Below are positions 37,406-46,931 of a DNA stretch of 64,000 bases, piece by piece. The stretch is from positions 2,432,001-2,496,000 of the forward strand of contig OZ243916.1 of the NCBI GenBank assembly GCA_965213675.1, read 5' to 3'. How positions within the stretch are numbered: position 1 is the stretch's first letter; each line of letters starts with the position of its first letter. The DNA comes from an uncultured Candidatus Binatia bacterium. Lineage in GTDB: Bacteria; Desulfobacterota; Binatia; UBA9968; JAJDTQ01. A program made the position numbers and the translations under genes. Below the pieces are notes generated by a model. It made no database searches, was not told the origin of the DNA, and worked only from the letters and a program-made list of their open reading frames with translations.

Positions 37406-39427
37406 CTATCCCGTGAACATCTCCACAAGCGTTCCCGGCGGGAACGGCAGGCTCAACGCGTACTCGAAGACCACGTAGAATCCGGCCCAGGCCAACAGCG
37501 TCAGGATGATGCTGATGGGCCATTTCTCGCCAGCGCCCACCTTGAGGAACAGCAACGTGCACAGCGGCACGGTGATGGGGAAGCCCAGCAGCCAGATGGA
37601 AGCGAAGAACCCCAGAATCCAGCCCACGATGGTCACCGTCCGCCGCATGGCCAACGGGTCCGCTCCCGTGGTGGTCGCCGCCTTGCGCTGTTTCAGGAAC
37701 CCCATGACGTCGATTTCAAGTTGCGCCAGGCAGAACACGATGCCCGGGAAACCGATGACCCAAGGGAACAGGCTGGCGCGATAGCCCCAGTCCCGCGCCG
37801 CCCATACGCCCCAGACGAATCCCGCCAGGAGCACCGCGTCGAAAACGATGTTCCAGACGGTGATGGCCTTGGGCGCTTCGGCTTCGTCCACCTCCGGAAC
37901 GGGGACCGGCGCGGCCACGGCTCCGGCGGCCTGATGTCTGGCGTAGCGCCGCCGCTGGTAGATGGGATAGAGGATGCCCGCCAGAATGATCGCCGCGATG
38001 ACCAGAACCCCCGGGAAGCCCACCCACACCCAGCCGTAGTTGTCCGTGGCCAGGAACAGATTCTTCTCCGCCAGCGAGCCCAGCACGAGCCCCAGCAGGA
38101 GCGGCGGGCGCGGCCAGTCGAGCTGCACCATGACCCAGCCCACGAGCCCGAAGGCCAGCACCACGATGAGGTCCTCGAAGGCGTTGTTCTGGGCGAAGCC
38201 GCCCAGATAGATGAGCACAAGCAGGAACGGCAGCACCAGGCTGCCGCGCACCTCGGTGATGCGCGCCAGTTGCTTGAGAAAGATGAAGCAGATGGAGACC
38301 GTGATGATGTTCGAGACCACCACGATCCACACGAACGAGAACGTGAGCTCGAGGTTCCCGCCCCGACTGGCCGGCTCCAGCATGGGCGGACCGGGAACGA
38401 GGCCCTGGATGATGAACGCCCCCAGGAGGATCGCCATGGTGACGCTGCCAGGCACGCCGAAGGCGATGGTGGGCACCAGCGCGCCGCCGAGGTTCGAGTT
38501 GTTGGCCGCGCCGGGTCCCAGCACGCCTTCCACCGCCCCCTTGCCGAAGCGTTCCTTGTCGGGCGTGCTTTGCACGGCGTGGGCGTAGGCGACCCATTGG
38601 GAGACAGCGCCGCCCATGCCGGGGATGACGCCGATGTAGGTGCCGATGGCGCTGCAGCGCAGCACCAGACCCCAGTGGCGGAAAGTGTCCTTGACCCCCT
38701 CCATGACCCCGCCCAGCTTCTCCACCTTCTCTTCCGCGATGCTGGACCCCTTGACCCAGAGTTCGATGACCTCGGGAATGGCGAACAGGCCGAGGGTCAC
38801 CGGCACCAGCTTGATGCCGTCCCAGAGGTATAGACTGTCGAAGGTGAAACGCTCGATACCCGATATGGGATCGAGCCCGACGGTAGCCAGCATGAGTCCC
38901 AGCGCCGCCGCCGTCAGCCCGCGGACGACGGCCTCGCCGCTCAAGGCGGCCAGGAACGTCACCCCCAGAAGCGCCAGCATGAAGAACTCCGGCGAGCCGA
39001 TGGCGAGCACCAGCGGCCGGACGATGGGGATGGCCAACGCCAGCGCGAAGGCGCCGAAGATGGCGCCCACGAGGGAACTCATGAGCGAGGCGCCGAGGGC
39101 GCGACCGGCCTCGCCCTTCTTGGCCATGGGATGGCCGTCCACGATGGTGGACGCGGTGATGGCCTCGCCCGGGATGCCGAACAGGATGGAGGTGATGTCG
39201 CCGGTGGTGGCGGTAACCGCGGACATGCCCAGGAGGAAGGCGAAGGCCTCCACCGCCTCCATCTTGAAGATGAACGGCAGCATCAGCGCCAGCGTGACCG
39301 GCCCGCCGAGCCCCGGCAGTATGCCCACGGCGAAGCCGATGACGATGCCCAGCATCATCAGCGTGAAGGTCGTTGCCGTAAAGACTTGTGCCAGGCCAGA
39401 CCCGAAGGCCTGAAGCATTTCACCCAT
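37406..39427 (-). CDS. Tripartite tricarboxylate transporter permease, TctA-TctB fusion
   Basis: GILPGLG, SILFGIPG, DGHPMAKKG, AANN, plus C-terminal 4-TM TctB-like region ending LSLPFPPG. Confidence 0.88.
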   Translation of the reverse strand: MGEMLQAFGSGLAQVFTATTFTLMMLGIVIGFAVGILPGLGGPVTLALMLPFIFKMEAVEAFAFLLGMSAVTATTGDITSILFGIPGEAITASTIVDGHPMAKKGEAGRALGASLMSSLVGAIFGAFALALAIPIVRPLVLAIGSPEFFMLALLGVTFLAALSGEAVVRGLTAAALGLMLATVGLDPISGIERFTFDSLYLWDGIKLVPVTLGLFAIPEVIELWVKGSSIAEEKVEKLGGVMEGVKDTFRHWGLVLRCSAIGTYIGVIPGMGGAVSQWVAYAHAVQSTPDKERFGKGAVEGVLGPGAANNSNLGGALVPTIAFGVPGSVTMAILLGAFIIQGLVPGPPMLEPASRGGNLELTFSFVWIVVVSNIITVSICFIFLKQLARITEVRGSLVLPFLLVLIYLGGFAQNNAFEDLIVVLAFGLVGWVMVQLDWPRPPLLLGLVLGSLAEKNLFLATDNYGWVWVGFPGVLVIAAIILAGILYPIYQRRRYARHQAAGAVAAPVPVPEVDEAEAPKAITVWNIVFDAVLLAGFVWGVWAARDWGYRASLFPWVIGFPGIVFCLAQLEIDVMGFLKQRKAATTTGADPLAMRRTVTIVGWILGFFASIWLLGFPITVPLCTLLFLKVGAGEKWPISIILTLLAWAGFYVVFEYALSLPFPPGTLVEMFTG

Positions 39428-39645
39428 GGTTCATGACTTTCCGTGAGGACTTTCCGTCAAAACAGGAACACCGATCCTGGAAACGTCCCCGAGGACCGGC
39501 TCGGTTCGACGGGATGATGACCGGCGTTATCGAAGCAGAGCAATGCCCGAAGAAGGTAAAGAGATTATGCCACGTAAAGAGAGTATGCCGCCGCGCACGG
39601 ATCGCACCGAGGGTCTGCGTGCTGTACGAGCGACTGGCACACGGC

Positions 39646-39686
39646 GAGCCGCCTCCCGGCGCTCGTGCACTGCCGGGAGGCGGCTC
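39646..39686. terminator. GC-rich hairpin downstream of the tctC-like gene (stabiliser or terminator)
   Basis: GAGCCGCCTCCCGGC-N11-GCCGGGAGGCGGCTC, 15-bp perfect stem; no U-tract. Confidence 0.5.
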
Positions 39687-39703
39687 CTTCCACGCGAGCG
39701 TGG

Positions 39704-40738
39704 TTAGTTCTTGGGAATCAAGACTTTCTTCAACAGCGACTTCGTGGCATCGTCCATGTCGTAGAGCGCCGCCATCTTCTTCGCCACCGAGCCGGCGTCC
39801 TGCGGATTCACCTCGATCTTCGATTTTCCCGCATCCGCGATCAGTGCGGGGTCCTTGAGGGTGTCCGCAAATGCTTTCTGGAGCATCTGAAGGCGATCCG
39901 CCGGCACTCCCGGCGGCACCGTGTACGGCCGCGAGAGAGCGCGATAGACATCCGCGGCAACCCCCAGCAGCTTCTTGCCGGTGTCATCCTTGGCCAGGCT
40001 TGTCGCCAGCGCCACATCCTTCAGTTCGGGATGGCTCTCGGGACCCACCTGCAGCACCGGCTTGACGTTGCCGCTCTCAATGCCCTGCCTCCAGGTCGGC
40101 TTGATGGACTGCCACGCCCAGCAACCGCCGTCGATCTCGCCTTTCTCCGCCGCCACCCGGATGATCGCGGTGCCGCTGTAGCCCTCGATGATCTGCATCG
40201 GCAGGCCCGTCGCGGCCTTGATCAGCTTGGGCACATCGTCGGTGGTCGAGCCCGGACCGGTGGCGCCGATCTTGATGGGCCGCTTGGAGTTCATCCAGTC
40301 CTTGATGTTGTTGATGCCGCTGGCCTTGGTCAGTGCGCAGGTATTGTCGTCGGTGACCGGGGCGCCGAGATAGCCGAATTTGCGACCGTCGAACTGGGTT
40401 CCCTTCTTGCCGAGAACGTTCTGCAGGACCAGCGGACCAATCCAGCTGCCGATGGTCAGCCCGTCAGGCTTGGCCTTGTTGTAAATGAAGTTGGCGGCGA
40501 TCAAGCTGCCCGCGCCGGTCCGGTTCTGAACCACGGTTCTGGGGTTGCCAGCCACATGCTTGCCGAAATGGCGGGCGATGAGCCGCGTGTAGGTGTCAAA
40601 ACCCCCGCCCGGGGAGAATCCGACCACGAAACGAATGGTCTTGCCCTTGAAAAAGTCATCCGCGCCCAGGGACAGGGACGGTACCCACACAAGGACAAGC
40701 GCCGAAAGCATCAAGATTCGGAATAACCGATGGACCAT
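39704..40738 (-). CDS. Tripartite tricarboxylate transporter substrate-binding protein (TctC/Bug-like)
   Basis: Signal peptide, FFKGKTIRFVVGFSPGGGFD, KPDGLT. Confidence 0.9.
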   Translation of the reverse strand: MVHRLFRILMLSALVLVWVPSLSLGADDFFKGKTIRFVVGFSPGGGFDTYTRLIARHFGKHVAGNPRTVVQNRTGAGSLIAANFIYNKAKPDGLTIGSWIGPLVLQNVLGKKGTQFDGRKFGYLGAPVTDDNTCALTKASGINNIKDWMNSKRPIKIGATGPGSTTDDVPKLIKAATGLPMQIIEGYSGTAIIRVAAEKGEIDGGCWAWQSIKPTWRQGIESGNVKPVLQVGPESHPELKDVALATSLAKDDTGKKLLGVAADVYRALSRPYTVPPGVPADRLQMLQKAFADTLKDPALIADAGKSKIEVNPQDAGSVAKKMAALYDMDDATKSLLKKVLIPKN

Positions 40739-41109
40739 TACAAGCCTCCTACGCTTTGTCTTCGGCGTCTCGCCGGGGCACGCTTCATCAATGGCCATGG
40801 ACCGTCCGCGTGACCGCGTCCATTCCGTTGATTCGTGTCTCCGCACGGTGAGACCCCACACCAACAATATTGAACAGAAGTTTGTCGCACAAATCACCAC
40901 CAAAGGAAAGCGCGCGCCGGCGCGTGCATACGTTTCAGCGCCGGCGGCAATTTGCTCTCCGAGGCGGAATATGAGAAACATCTGTCCGTGGCGTTTCCCA
41001 ACGCCCGCGACGAGCGCGTCCTGAGCGAGATCTTCAAGGACAAGGACCGGGTTCTCCGGATGAACCTGCGATTCAACTCATCGATTCCCTCTGCTGACAA
41101 GGAGAACCC

Positions 41110-41433
41110 GTGAACCGTTTCTGCCTGGTGTGTCAGAACGTCGATTGCAAGAGCCGCGGCGCCGAGCAGCTCATGAAGGAACTTCAGGAGCGCGTGGCGG
41201 CCAAGGGGATCAAGGACGTGGAGGTGCGTTCCTACATGTGTTTCGGCGCCTGTCAGGAAGGCCCCAACATGGTCCTCTACCCCGACAGGTTCTGGTACGC
41301 CGGCGTCAAGACGGAAGATGTGGACGACATCGTCGAGCACATGGCCGGCGGCCCGGCGGTGGAGCGGCTGGACAAGATCGACCCCTCCCTCAAGGAACTC
41401 ATTTACCAGTTGCTCGACACCGGGGTATTTTGA
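41110..41433 (+). CDS. Thioredoxin-like [2Fe-2S] ferredoxin (NuoE C-terminal-like)
   Basis: VCQNVDC, CFGACQEGPNMVLYPD. Confidence 0.88.
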   Translation: MNRFCLVCQNVDCKSRGAEQLMKELQERVAAKGIKDVEVRSYMCFGACQEGPNMVLYPDRFWYAGVKTEDVDDIVEHMAGGPAVERLDKIDPSLKELIYQLLDTGVF

Positions 41434-41438
41434 CGGCC

Positions 41439-42671
41439 ATGGAAGGCATCCTGTTCCCGCGTGGCGTGCCCGAGGGGCTCGAAGGACTGGAAGCGTACCG
41501 GGCGCGCGGCGGCTATCAATCCGTGGAGCGGCTCGCCGCCGTGTCCCCCGACGACGTCATCGCCAAGGTGACGGCTTCGGGCCTGCGCGGCCGCGGCGGC
41601 GCCGGTTTCCCCACCGGCCGGAAGCTTGCCCTCACTCGGGAATCCCCCGAAGCACCCCATTATGTCGTCATGAACGGCGGCGAGGACGAGCCCGGCAGCA
41701 AGAAGGACCGCGTGCTCATGGAGAATGTCCCCCATCTCATCGTCGATGGGATCATTCTCGCGGCCTATGCGGTGCAGGCGGAGAAAGCCTGGCTCTACAT
41801 CAATCACGGGTACGAGGCCGCCACCCGCGCGGTGGCGGCGGCCGTCGAAGAAGCGCGGCAGGCCGGGTACTGCGGCGAGAATGTCGCCGGTTCCGGTTTC
41901 AACCTCGACATCGTCATGGTGGCGGCCCCGTCGAACTATGTCGCCGGCGAGGACACCGCGGCCCTGGAAGTGATCGAGGGAAAGGACCCGCTGCCGCGGC
42001 AGAAACCCCCATTCCCGGTGACCGAGGGGCTCTTCGGCAAACCCAGTCTGGTGAACAACGTCGAGACCCTGGCCAACATGGCCCCCATCGTCAACAAGGG
42101 GCCGGAAGCCTACCGTTCCTTCGGCACCGCGGACAGCCCCGGCACCATGGTCTTCTCGCTGGGGGACGAGATGGAGCGGCCCGGGGTCTACGAACTGCCC
42201 CTCGGCACCCCGTTGCGCCAACTCCTGGAGGAATGCGGCGGCGGCTTGAAGGGCGGCAAGACCATCAAGGCCATCCTTCCCGGCGGTCCGTCGTCGGGGT
42301 TCCTGCTGCCGGACAAGCTCGACGTGCCGCTGGATCACGCGTCCGTGCGCGAAGCGGGCTCGTCCATCGGCTGCGGCGTCGTCAAGGTGCTCACCGAGGA
42401 CGATTCGGTGCTGGATGAGGTGGCGCGCATCGCGGATTTCTTCGCCCGGGAGTCCTGCGGCCAGTGTCCCGCCTGCCGCATGGAAACCAACATGCTGGCG
42501 GCGTTGCTCAAGAAGGTTCAGGCAGGGCAGGGAAACGACGCGCTGGTGGAGCAGTTCGGGAAGGTGATCGCCTTCAACAAGGGCAAGGGGTTCTGCAGCC
42601 TGATCGATATGCCGGGGCCGCCCATCGAGAGCGCCGTCCGGCTATTCCCCGAAGAGTTCCGCGGCGCGTGA
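41439..42671 (+). CDS. NuoF/HoxF-like FMN, NAD(P)H-binding [4Fe-4S] protein
   Basis: SGLRGRGGAGFPTG, EPGSKKDR, VNNVETL, PGGPS, ESCGQCPACR...C. Confidence 0.9.
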   Translation: MEGILFPRGVPEGLEGLEAYRARGGYQSVERLAAVSPDDVIAKVTASGLRGRGGAGFPTGRKLALTRESPEAPHYVVMNGGEDEPGSKKDRVLMENVPHLIVDGIILAAYAVQAEKAWLYINHGYEAATRAVAAAVEEARQAGYCGENVAGSGFNLDIVMVAAPSNYVAGEDTAALEVIEGKDPLPRQKPPFPVTEGLFGKPSLVNNVETLANMAPIVNKGPEAYRSFGTADSPGTMVFSLGDEMERPGVYELPLGTPLRQLLEECGGGLKGGKTIKAILPGGPSSGFLLPDKLDVPLDHASVREAGSSIGCGVVKVLTEDDSVLDEVARIADFFARESCGQCPACRMETNMLAALLKKVQAGQGNDALVEQFGKVIAFNKGKGFCSLIDMPGPPIESAVRLFPEEFRGA

Positions 42672-42720
42672 CGGGCGGCGGCCCGGCCCGTCGCCGGGAT
42701 CCGGTCACACCGGGGTTCCG

Positions 42721-42906
42721 TCACATATTGAGGCTCTTCTTCGGCACGTTGAAGACCACGCCCTCCCCGTCTCTCACGAGACAGAGATCGTTGCTCCACT
42801 CCTTGACCACCTCCACCTCGTCTCCGGGAGAAAAGGTGGTTTCCTCGATGGAGGCGTTCTTGTTCGCCTGATACTTGAACGTAAATGCTTCCTTGACCGT
42901 GGCCAT
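42721..42906 (-). CDS. Small hypothetical protein, SH3-like
   Basis: 61 aa, RBS GGAGG, pattern FSPGDEVEVVKEW...LVRD...VFNVP. Confidence 0.7.
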   Translation of the reverse strand: MATVKEAFTFKYQANKNASIEETTFSPGDEVEVVKEWSNDLCLVRDGEGVVFNVPKKSLNM

Positions 42907-43030
42907 CCGAGGCCCCTCCCTTCACTGTGTTGTCACGCTCCGGTTGGCGTTGTTGGTCCGCCGGTCGCCCCCCGTGCCGGACCACCGCCGGCGTGTCTGG
43001 CGTCTGAAGCCGGTCCCGCGTGTCCTCGCG

Positions 43031-43726
43031 TCAACGCAGCGCGCCAAGTTCCCGCCAACTGCCGCGGCGGGTGGAATGGCGCAACGCCTGGTCGAGACGC
43101 TCCAGAAACGCCTCCCGCGGCACCTCCCGGGCGCCGAGACTCCGCATGTGGGACGTTGTAACTTGAGCGTCGATGAAATGGAAGTCCCAGCCGGCGAGCC
43201 GCTCCACCAGCCGCGCCAGCGCGACCTTGGAAGCGTCCGTCGCCCGGTGAAACATGGACTCGCCGAAAAAGCCGCGTCCGAGGGCGATGCCGTAGAGGCC
43301 GCCCGCCAACTCGCTGCCGCGCCAGCATTCGGCCGAGTGGGCCAGACCCGCGTCGTGCAGCCGGACGTAGGCCTGCTCCATCTCCGGCGTGATCCACGTG
43401 CCGTCCTGGCCGCGCCGGTCCACGGAGGCGCACGCCCGGATCACGCCGCGGAAGTCGGCGTCGAAGGTCACCTCGAACCGCCCTTGGTTCAGCACCCGCC
43501 GCAGCCGCCGCGAGACGTGGAAGTCGTCGAGATCGAGGACAAAGCGCGGGTCGGGCGACCACCACAGGACGGGTTGGCCCTCGCTGTACCAAGGGAAGAT
43601 GCCCAGGGAGTACGCCAGCAGGAGCCGCGCGCTGTCGAGGTCGCCTCCCACCGCCAGAAGCCCGCTGGGCTCGGCATCGCGTGGGTCCGGGAAGGCGAGT
43701 TCACGACTCAGGCGATAGACCGGCAT
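43031..43726 (-). CDS. aat: Leucyl/phenylalanyl-tRNA-protein transferase
   Basis: GLLAVGGDL, GIFPW, WWSPDPR, GTWIT, FFGESMF. Confidence 0.95.
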   Translation of the reverse strand: MPVYRLSRELAFPDPRDAEPSGLLAVGGDLDSARLLLAYSLGIFPWYSEGQPVLWWSPDPRFVLDLDDFHVSRRLRRVLNQGRFEVTFDADFRGVIRACASVDRRGQDGTWITPEMEQAYVRLHDAGLAHSAECWRGSELAGGLYGIALGRGFFGESMFHRATDASKVALARLVERLAGWDFHFIDAQVTTSHMRSLGAREVPREAFLERLDQALRHSTRRGSWRELGALR

Positions 43727-43860
43727 GCGGCAACCATGATGAATCGAGGCCCGGGATGCAAGGAATCGGATGACGCTTCCCGTGCCTTGGCTCATTGCCA
43801 TTTGCAGGGACTCAAGGCTTCGTTTTTTCCTGCCGGACTTGTTCTGCCGGACCAACCACG

Positions 43861-43889
43861 TTGACGAGCCGGCCGGATCGGGGCACAAT
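43861..43889 (+). promoter_or_regulatory. Candidate sigma70 promoter
   Basis: TTGACG-N17-CACAAT upstream of the VOC gene. Confidence 0.4.
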
Positions 43890-43927
43890 CGCGTCTCATC
43901 GTTCCGTGTGGCCGACGGGGAAACACC

Positions 43928-44296
43928 ATGTTCAAGAGAATCGACCATGTAGCGCTTCATGTCGCAGACCTGGATCGTGCCATCGCCTTCTATGAAGACA
44001 ACTTCGGCTTCCGGAAGTATTTTCAGCATCGGTCCAACGCCGGGATGCAGATCGCGTACCTCAGGCTTGGCGACACCGTGCTGGAACTGACGCACAAGAG
44101 CGACGGCTCCATGACCGGCTTCCACTTCTGCCTGGAGACCGACAACTTCGATGAAACCGTGGCCGATTTGCAGCGGCGCGGAGTGCCGCTGCTGCGCGCC
44201 CCCCACGACACCGCGGCGCGGGAGCCGCGCGAGGAAGGCTGGCGCCGGGTGGTCTTCGGCGGCCCGGACGGCGAGCAGATCGAGTTGCGCGGTTAG
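43928..44296 (+). CDS. VOC/glyoxalase-family protein
   Basis: IDHVALHVADLDRAIAFY, GPDGEQIEL. Confidence 0.88.
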   Translation: MFKRIDHVALHVADLDRAIAFYEDNFGFRKYFQHRSNAGMQIAYLRLGDTVLELTHKSDGSMTGFHFCLETDNFDETVADLQRRGVPLLRAPHDTAAREPREEGWRRVVFGGPDGEQIELRG

Positions 44297-44414
44297 GACA
44301 CTGTCGGGATTCAGGATTCAGGCTGCCGGTGTCCTTTCACCGTAGGGGACAGCCGCCGGCAGGACATGGCGTGTCGGACCACACACGGGAAAACGCGAGC
44401 GCGGACCAACGATC

Positions 44415-44723
44415 ATGGCAGACCAGGAACCTCAGGCCATCCGGCTGGATTGCCCCTGTTGCGGGGCGACGCTGATCATCGACCCGTCCTTGGCGGTGGT
44501 GCTGCGGCACGAGGCGCCGCCACCGCAGCACAAGGCGCCGGACCTCAAGGACGCGGGCCGGATGCTTCGAGAAGAAGCGACCCAGCGCGATCAGAAATAC
44601 CAGCACATCCTCGACGCGGAAAAGGACAAGGGCAAGGTACTCGACCGCAAGTTTCAGGAACTGTTCAAAAAGGCCCGGGACGAGCCCATCAAGAAGCCGC
44701 TGAAGGACATCGACCTCGACTGA
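44415..44723 (+). CDS. Hypothetical protein (CPCC knuckle plus charged helix)
   Basis: Coding-like codon usage; LDCPCCGATL; ends DIDLD. Confidence 0.75.
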   Translation: MADQEPQAIRLDCPCCGATLIIDPSLAVVLRHEAPPPQHKAPDLKDAGRMLREEATQRDQKYQHILDAEKDKGKVLDRKFQELFKKARDEPIKKPLKDIDLD

Positions 44724-44816
44724 TGTGGGTCCGGCTGGACCTTCGCGCCCCATCACTGTTCCCACCGCGTGGACTGGCCTCCATTGGGCAACGCCGGATC
44801 ACGGTCGATCCTCACC

Positions 44817-45401
44817 TCACCACGAACTCACCGCCGTCGCCTCGTACCCGTAGACCAGTTCCAGCAACTGCTTCACCATGCGCGCCGTGGCGCCCCAGAT
44901 ATCCCAGTCCTGGTACTGAAAGTGGTAGATGGGTTCCGCGCGCCGGGACCGGCGTGTGTCCAGCGTCAGCGCGTCCTGCCGCAGCAACGCGGCCACCGGC
45001 ACGGAGAACACCGCGGCAGTCTCCCGCGGATCGGGATGGAACTCGTAGGGATGGGGGATCAGACCGACGAACGGGGTCACCAGGAAATTGTACCCGGCCA
45101 TCACCTGATCGAGCTGACCCACGATGCGCACATGATCGGGGTGGATGCCGATCTCTTCCCGGCTCTCCCGGAGCGCCGCCGCCAGCGCGCCGTCATCTTC
45201 CGGGTCGACGCTGCCGCCCGGAAACGCCACCTGGCCGCTATGGGAACTGAGGTGGGCGGCGCGCAGGGTGAGGATCAGATAATCGCCGTCCGCGCGCTCC
45301 TGGATCGGCGCCAGAACCGCGGCGGGACGGAAATCGTCTCCAGCCACGGCCTTGGGCGTCCGGGTCCGGAGGATCTTGAACCTGTCGAGGTGCGCGTTCA
45401 C
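44817..45401 (-). CDS. Nudix CoA pyrophosphatase
   Basis: AAVL, LTLR...HSGQVAFPGG, ALRESREEIG, IWGATA. Confidence 0.92.
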   Translation of the reverse strand: MNAHLDRFKILRTRTPKAVAGDDFRPAAVLAPIQERADGDYLILTLRAAHLSSHSGQVAFPGGSVDPEDDGALAAALRESREEIGIHPDHVRIVGQLDQVMAGYNFLVTPFVGLIPHPYEFHPDPRETAAVFSVPVAALLRQDALTLDTRRSRRAEPIYHFQYQDWDIWGATARMVKQLLELVYGYEATAVSSW

Positions 45402-45411
45402 GAACTTCCGG

Positions 45412-45741
45412 CTACGCCTCCCGCTTCAGCGACTCCGGAAAGTAGCGGGACGGGACCCACACTTTCGCATCGAAGTTGGCGCATCCGAGAATTCGCAGTT
45501 CACGCATGATGCGGATGTAGTCCGGTGACTCGATGAAGCCCTGCCACGCCTGGAGCGAGTCGAACTCGATCTGGATGGCGACCTGGGGGCTGACTTCCAG
45601 AGGGTTGCGGAGGTTGCGGATTTCCCGGACTCCGGGGGCGGCCAGGGTCATCGGCAGCCAATCGTTCTTGGCCTTGTTGCTGTAGATGGTGAGGTTGGCC
45701 TTCTGATCGGGCAGATCCCACTGAACAATGTAATAGACCAT
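45412..45741 (-). CDS. Hypothetical protein, possible EthD-like dimeric alpha/beta barrel
   Basis: In operon after the SDR; PGVREIR, IEFDSLQAW. Confidence 0.65.
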   Translation of the reverse strand: MVYYIVQWDLPDQKANLTIYSNKAKNDWLPMTLAAPGVREIRNLRNPLEVSPQVAIQIEFDSLQAWQGFIESPDYIRIMRELRILGCANFDAKVWVPSRYFPESLKREA

Positions 45742-45774
45742 GCTTGTTCCTTGTCTGAACCTGACGCCGGCACC

Positions 45775-46566
45775 TTACATGAGGGTCCGCACGAGTCCGC
45801 CGTCGATGACGATGGCCGTGCCGGTGATGTAACTGGCGCGGTCAGAGCCGAGGAACACCACCAGGTCGGCCACCTCCCCGGACTGTCCAAACCGTTTCAC
45901 GGAGATCTCGTCCCGGCTCTGCTGCTGAACCTGCTCCAGCGGCAGGTTGAGCCGCTTGGACCGGGCCACGTTGAGGCTGTGATGGCGTTGGGTGTCGATG
46001 CGGCCGGGCAACACGGTGTTGATCAGGATGTTGTCCGGTCCCAACTCGCGCGACAGCGTCCGCGCCCAGCCCACGACGCCCGTGCGGAACGTGTTGGACA
46101 GGATCAGGCCGGGAATGGGCTCCTTCACGCCGTACGAAGTGATGTTGATGATGCGTCCCGCCCCCACCTTCTTCATGTACGGCACGGCCTCGCGGGTGAG
46201 CCGGACGGTACCCATGAGACTCAGGTTGTAGGCCGCCATCCAGTCGTCCTCGCTCAGGGCGTCGAAGGTCCCGAAGCTCGGGCCGCCGGCGTTGTTCACC
46301 ACCACGTCCACGCGCCCGAAGGCGTCGACGCTCCTTGTCATATAGTTGCGGATATCGTCGTGGCTGGACATGTCCGCCACCGTGGCCAGAACCTCGCCGC
46401 CGGTGGACTGGCGGATCTCCTCCGCGGCCCGCTCCAACGCCTCGCCGCCGCGGGCGCATAGGCTCACCTTGGCTCCTTCGCGGGCGAAGCCTTCGGCAAT
46501 GGCCCGTCCCATGCCCTGGCTCGCGCCCGCCACCAGCGCCACCTTGCCTGTCAAACCCAGATCCAT
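45775..46566 (-). CDS. SDR-family oxidoreductase
   Basis: GASQGMG, VNNAGGP, LSNTFR variant active site, PGRIDT. Confidence 0.92.
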   Translation of the reverse strand: MDLGLTGKVALVAGASQGMGRAIAEGFAREGAKVSLCARGGEALERAAEEIRQSTGGEVLATVADMSSHDDIRNYMTRSVDAFGRVDVVVNNAGGPSFGTFDALSEDDWMAAYNLSLMGTVRLTREAVPYMKKVGAGRIINITSYGVKEPIPGLILSNTFRTGVVGWARTLSRELGPDNILINTVLPGRIDTQRHHSLNVARSKRLNLPLEQVQQQSRDEISVKRFGQSGEVADLVVFLGSDRASYITGTAIVIDGGLVRTLM

Positions 46567-46638
46567 CCAAAGCTCCTTGTCGTGTTCAGCGCATCCGCGG
46601 GGTCGCGGGCAGACATCCCGCCCCGGAGACCCCCGCGT

Positions 46639-46884
46639 TCACTTCTGCGTCCAGTAAATGTTGCCGTCGAATTCCGAATCCAGCCGCATCAAGTAAAGCG
46701 CCAGCATCCCGTGGGCGCCCAGCGGCCGCAACTGCCGCGGATCCCGGGTCTTGACCGCGGCCGCTTCCTCGTCGCTCAGGTCGTAACCGGACAATGCCGC
46801 ATCGAGGTCGGACCTGGCTTGGTCCACGGCGCCGGGCTTCATCTTCAGGTCGAACAGGAATCGGTTCAGGTGGTATCGACTCAT
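46639..46884 (-). CDS. LigA-like small subunit of ring-cleavage dioxygenase
   Basis: YHLNRFLFDL...YDLSDEE...LGAHGML; downstream of the LigB-like gene. Confidence 0.78.
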   Translation of the reverse strand: MSRYHLNRFLFDLKMKPGAVDQARSDLDAALSGYDLSDEEAAAVKTRDPRQLRPLGAHGMLALYLMRLDSEFDGNIYWTQK

Positions 46885-46931
46885 GGTGCTCTCAGGCGCT
46901 TGCGGCAGCGGAATCGGCCGGACGACAGGCG

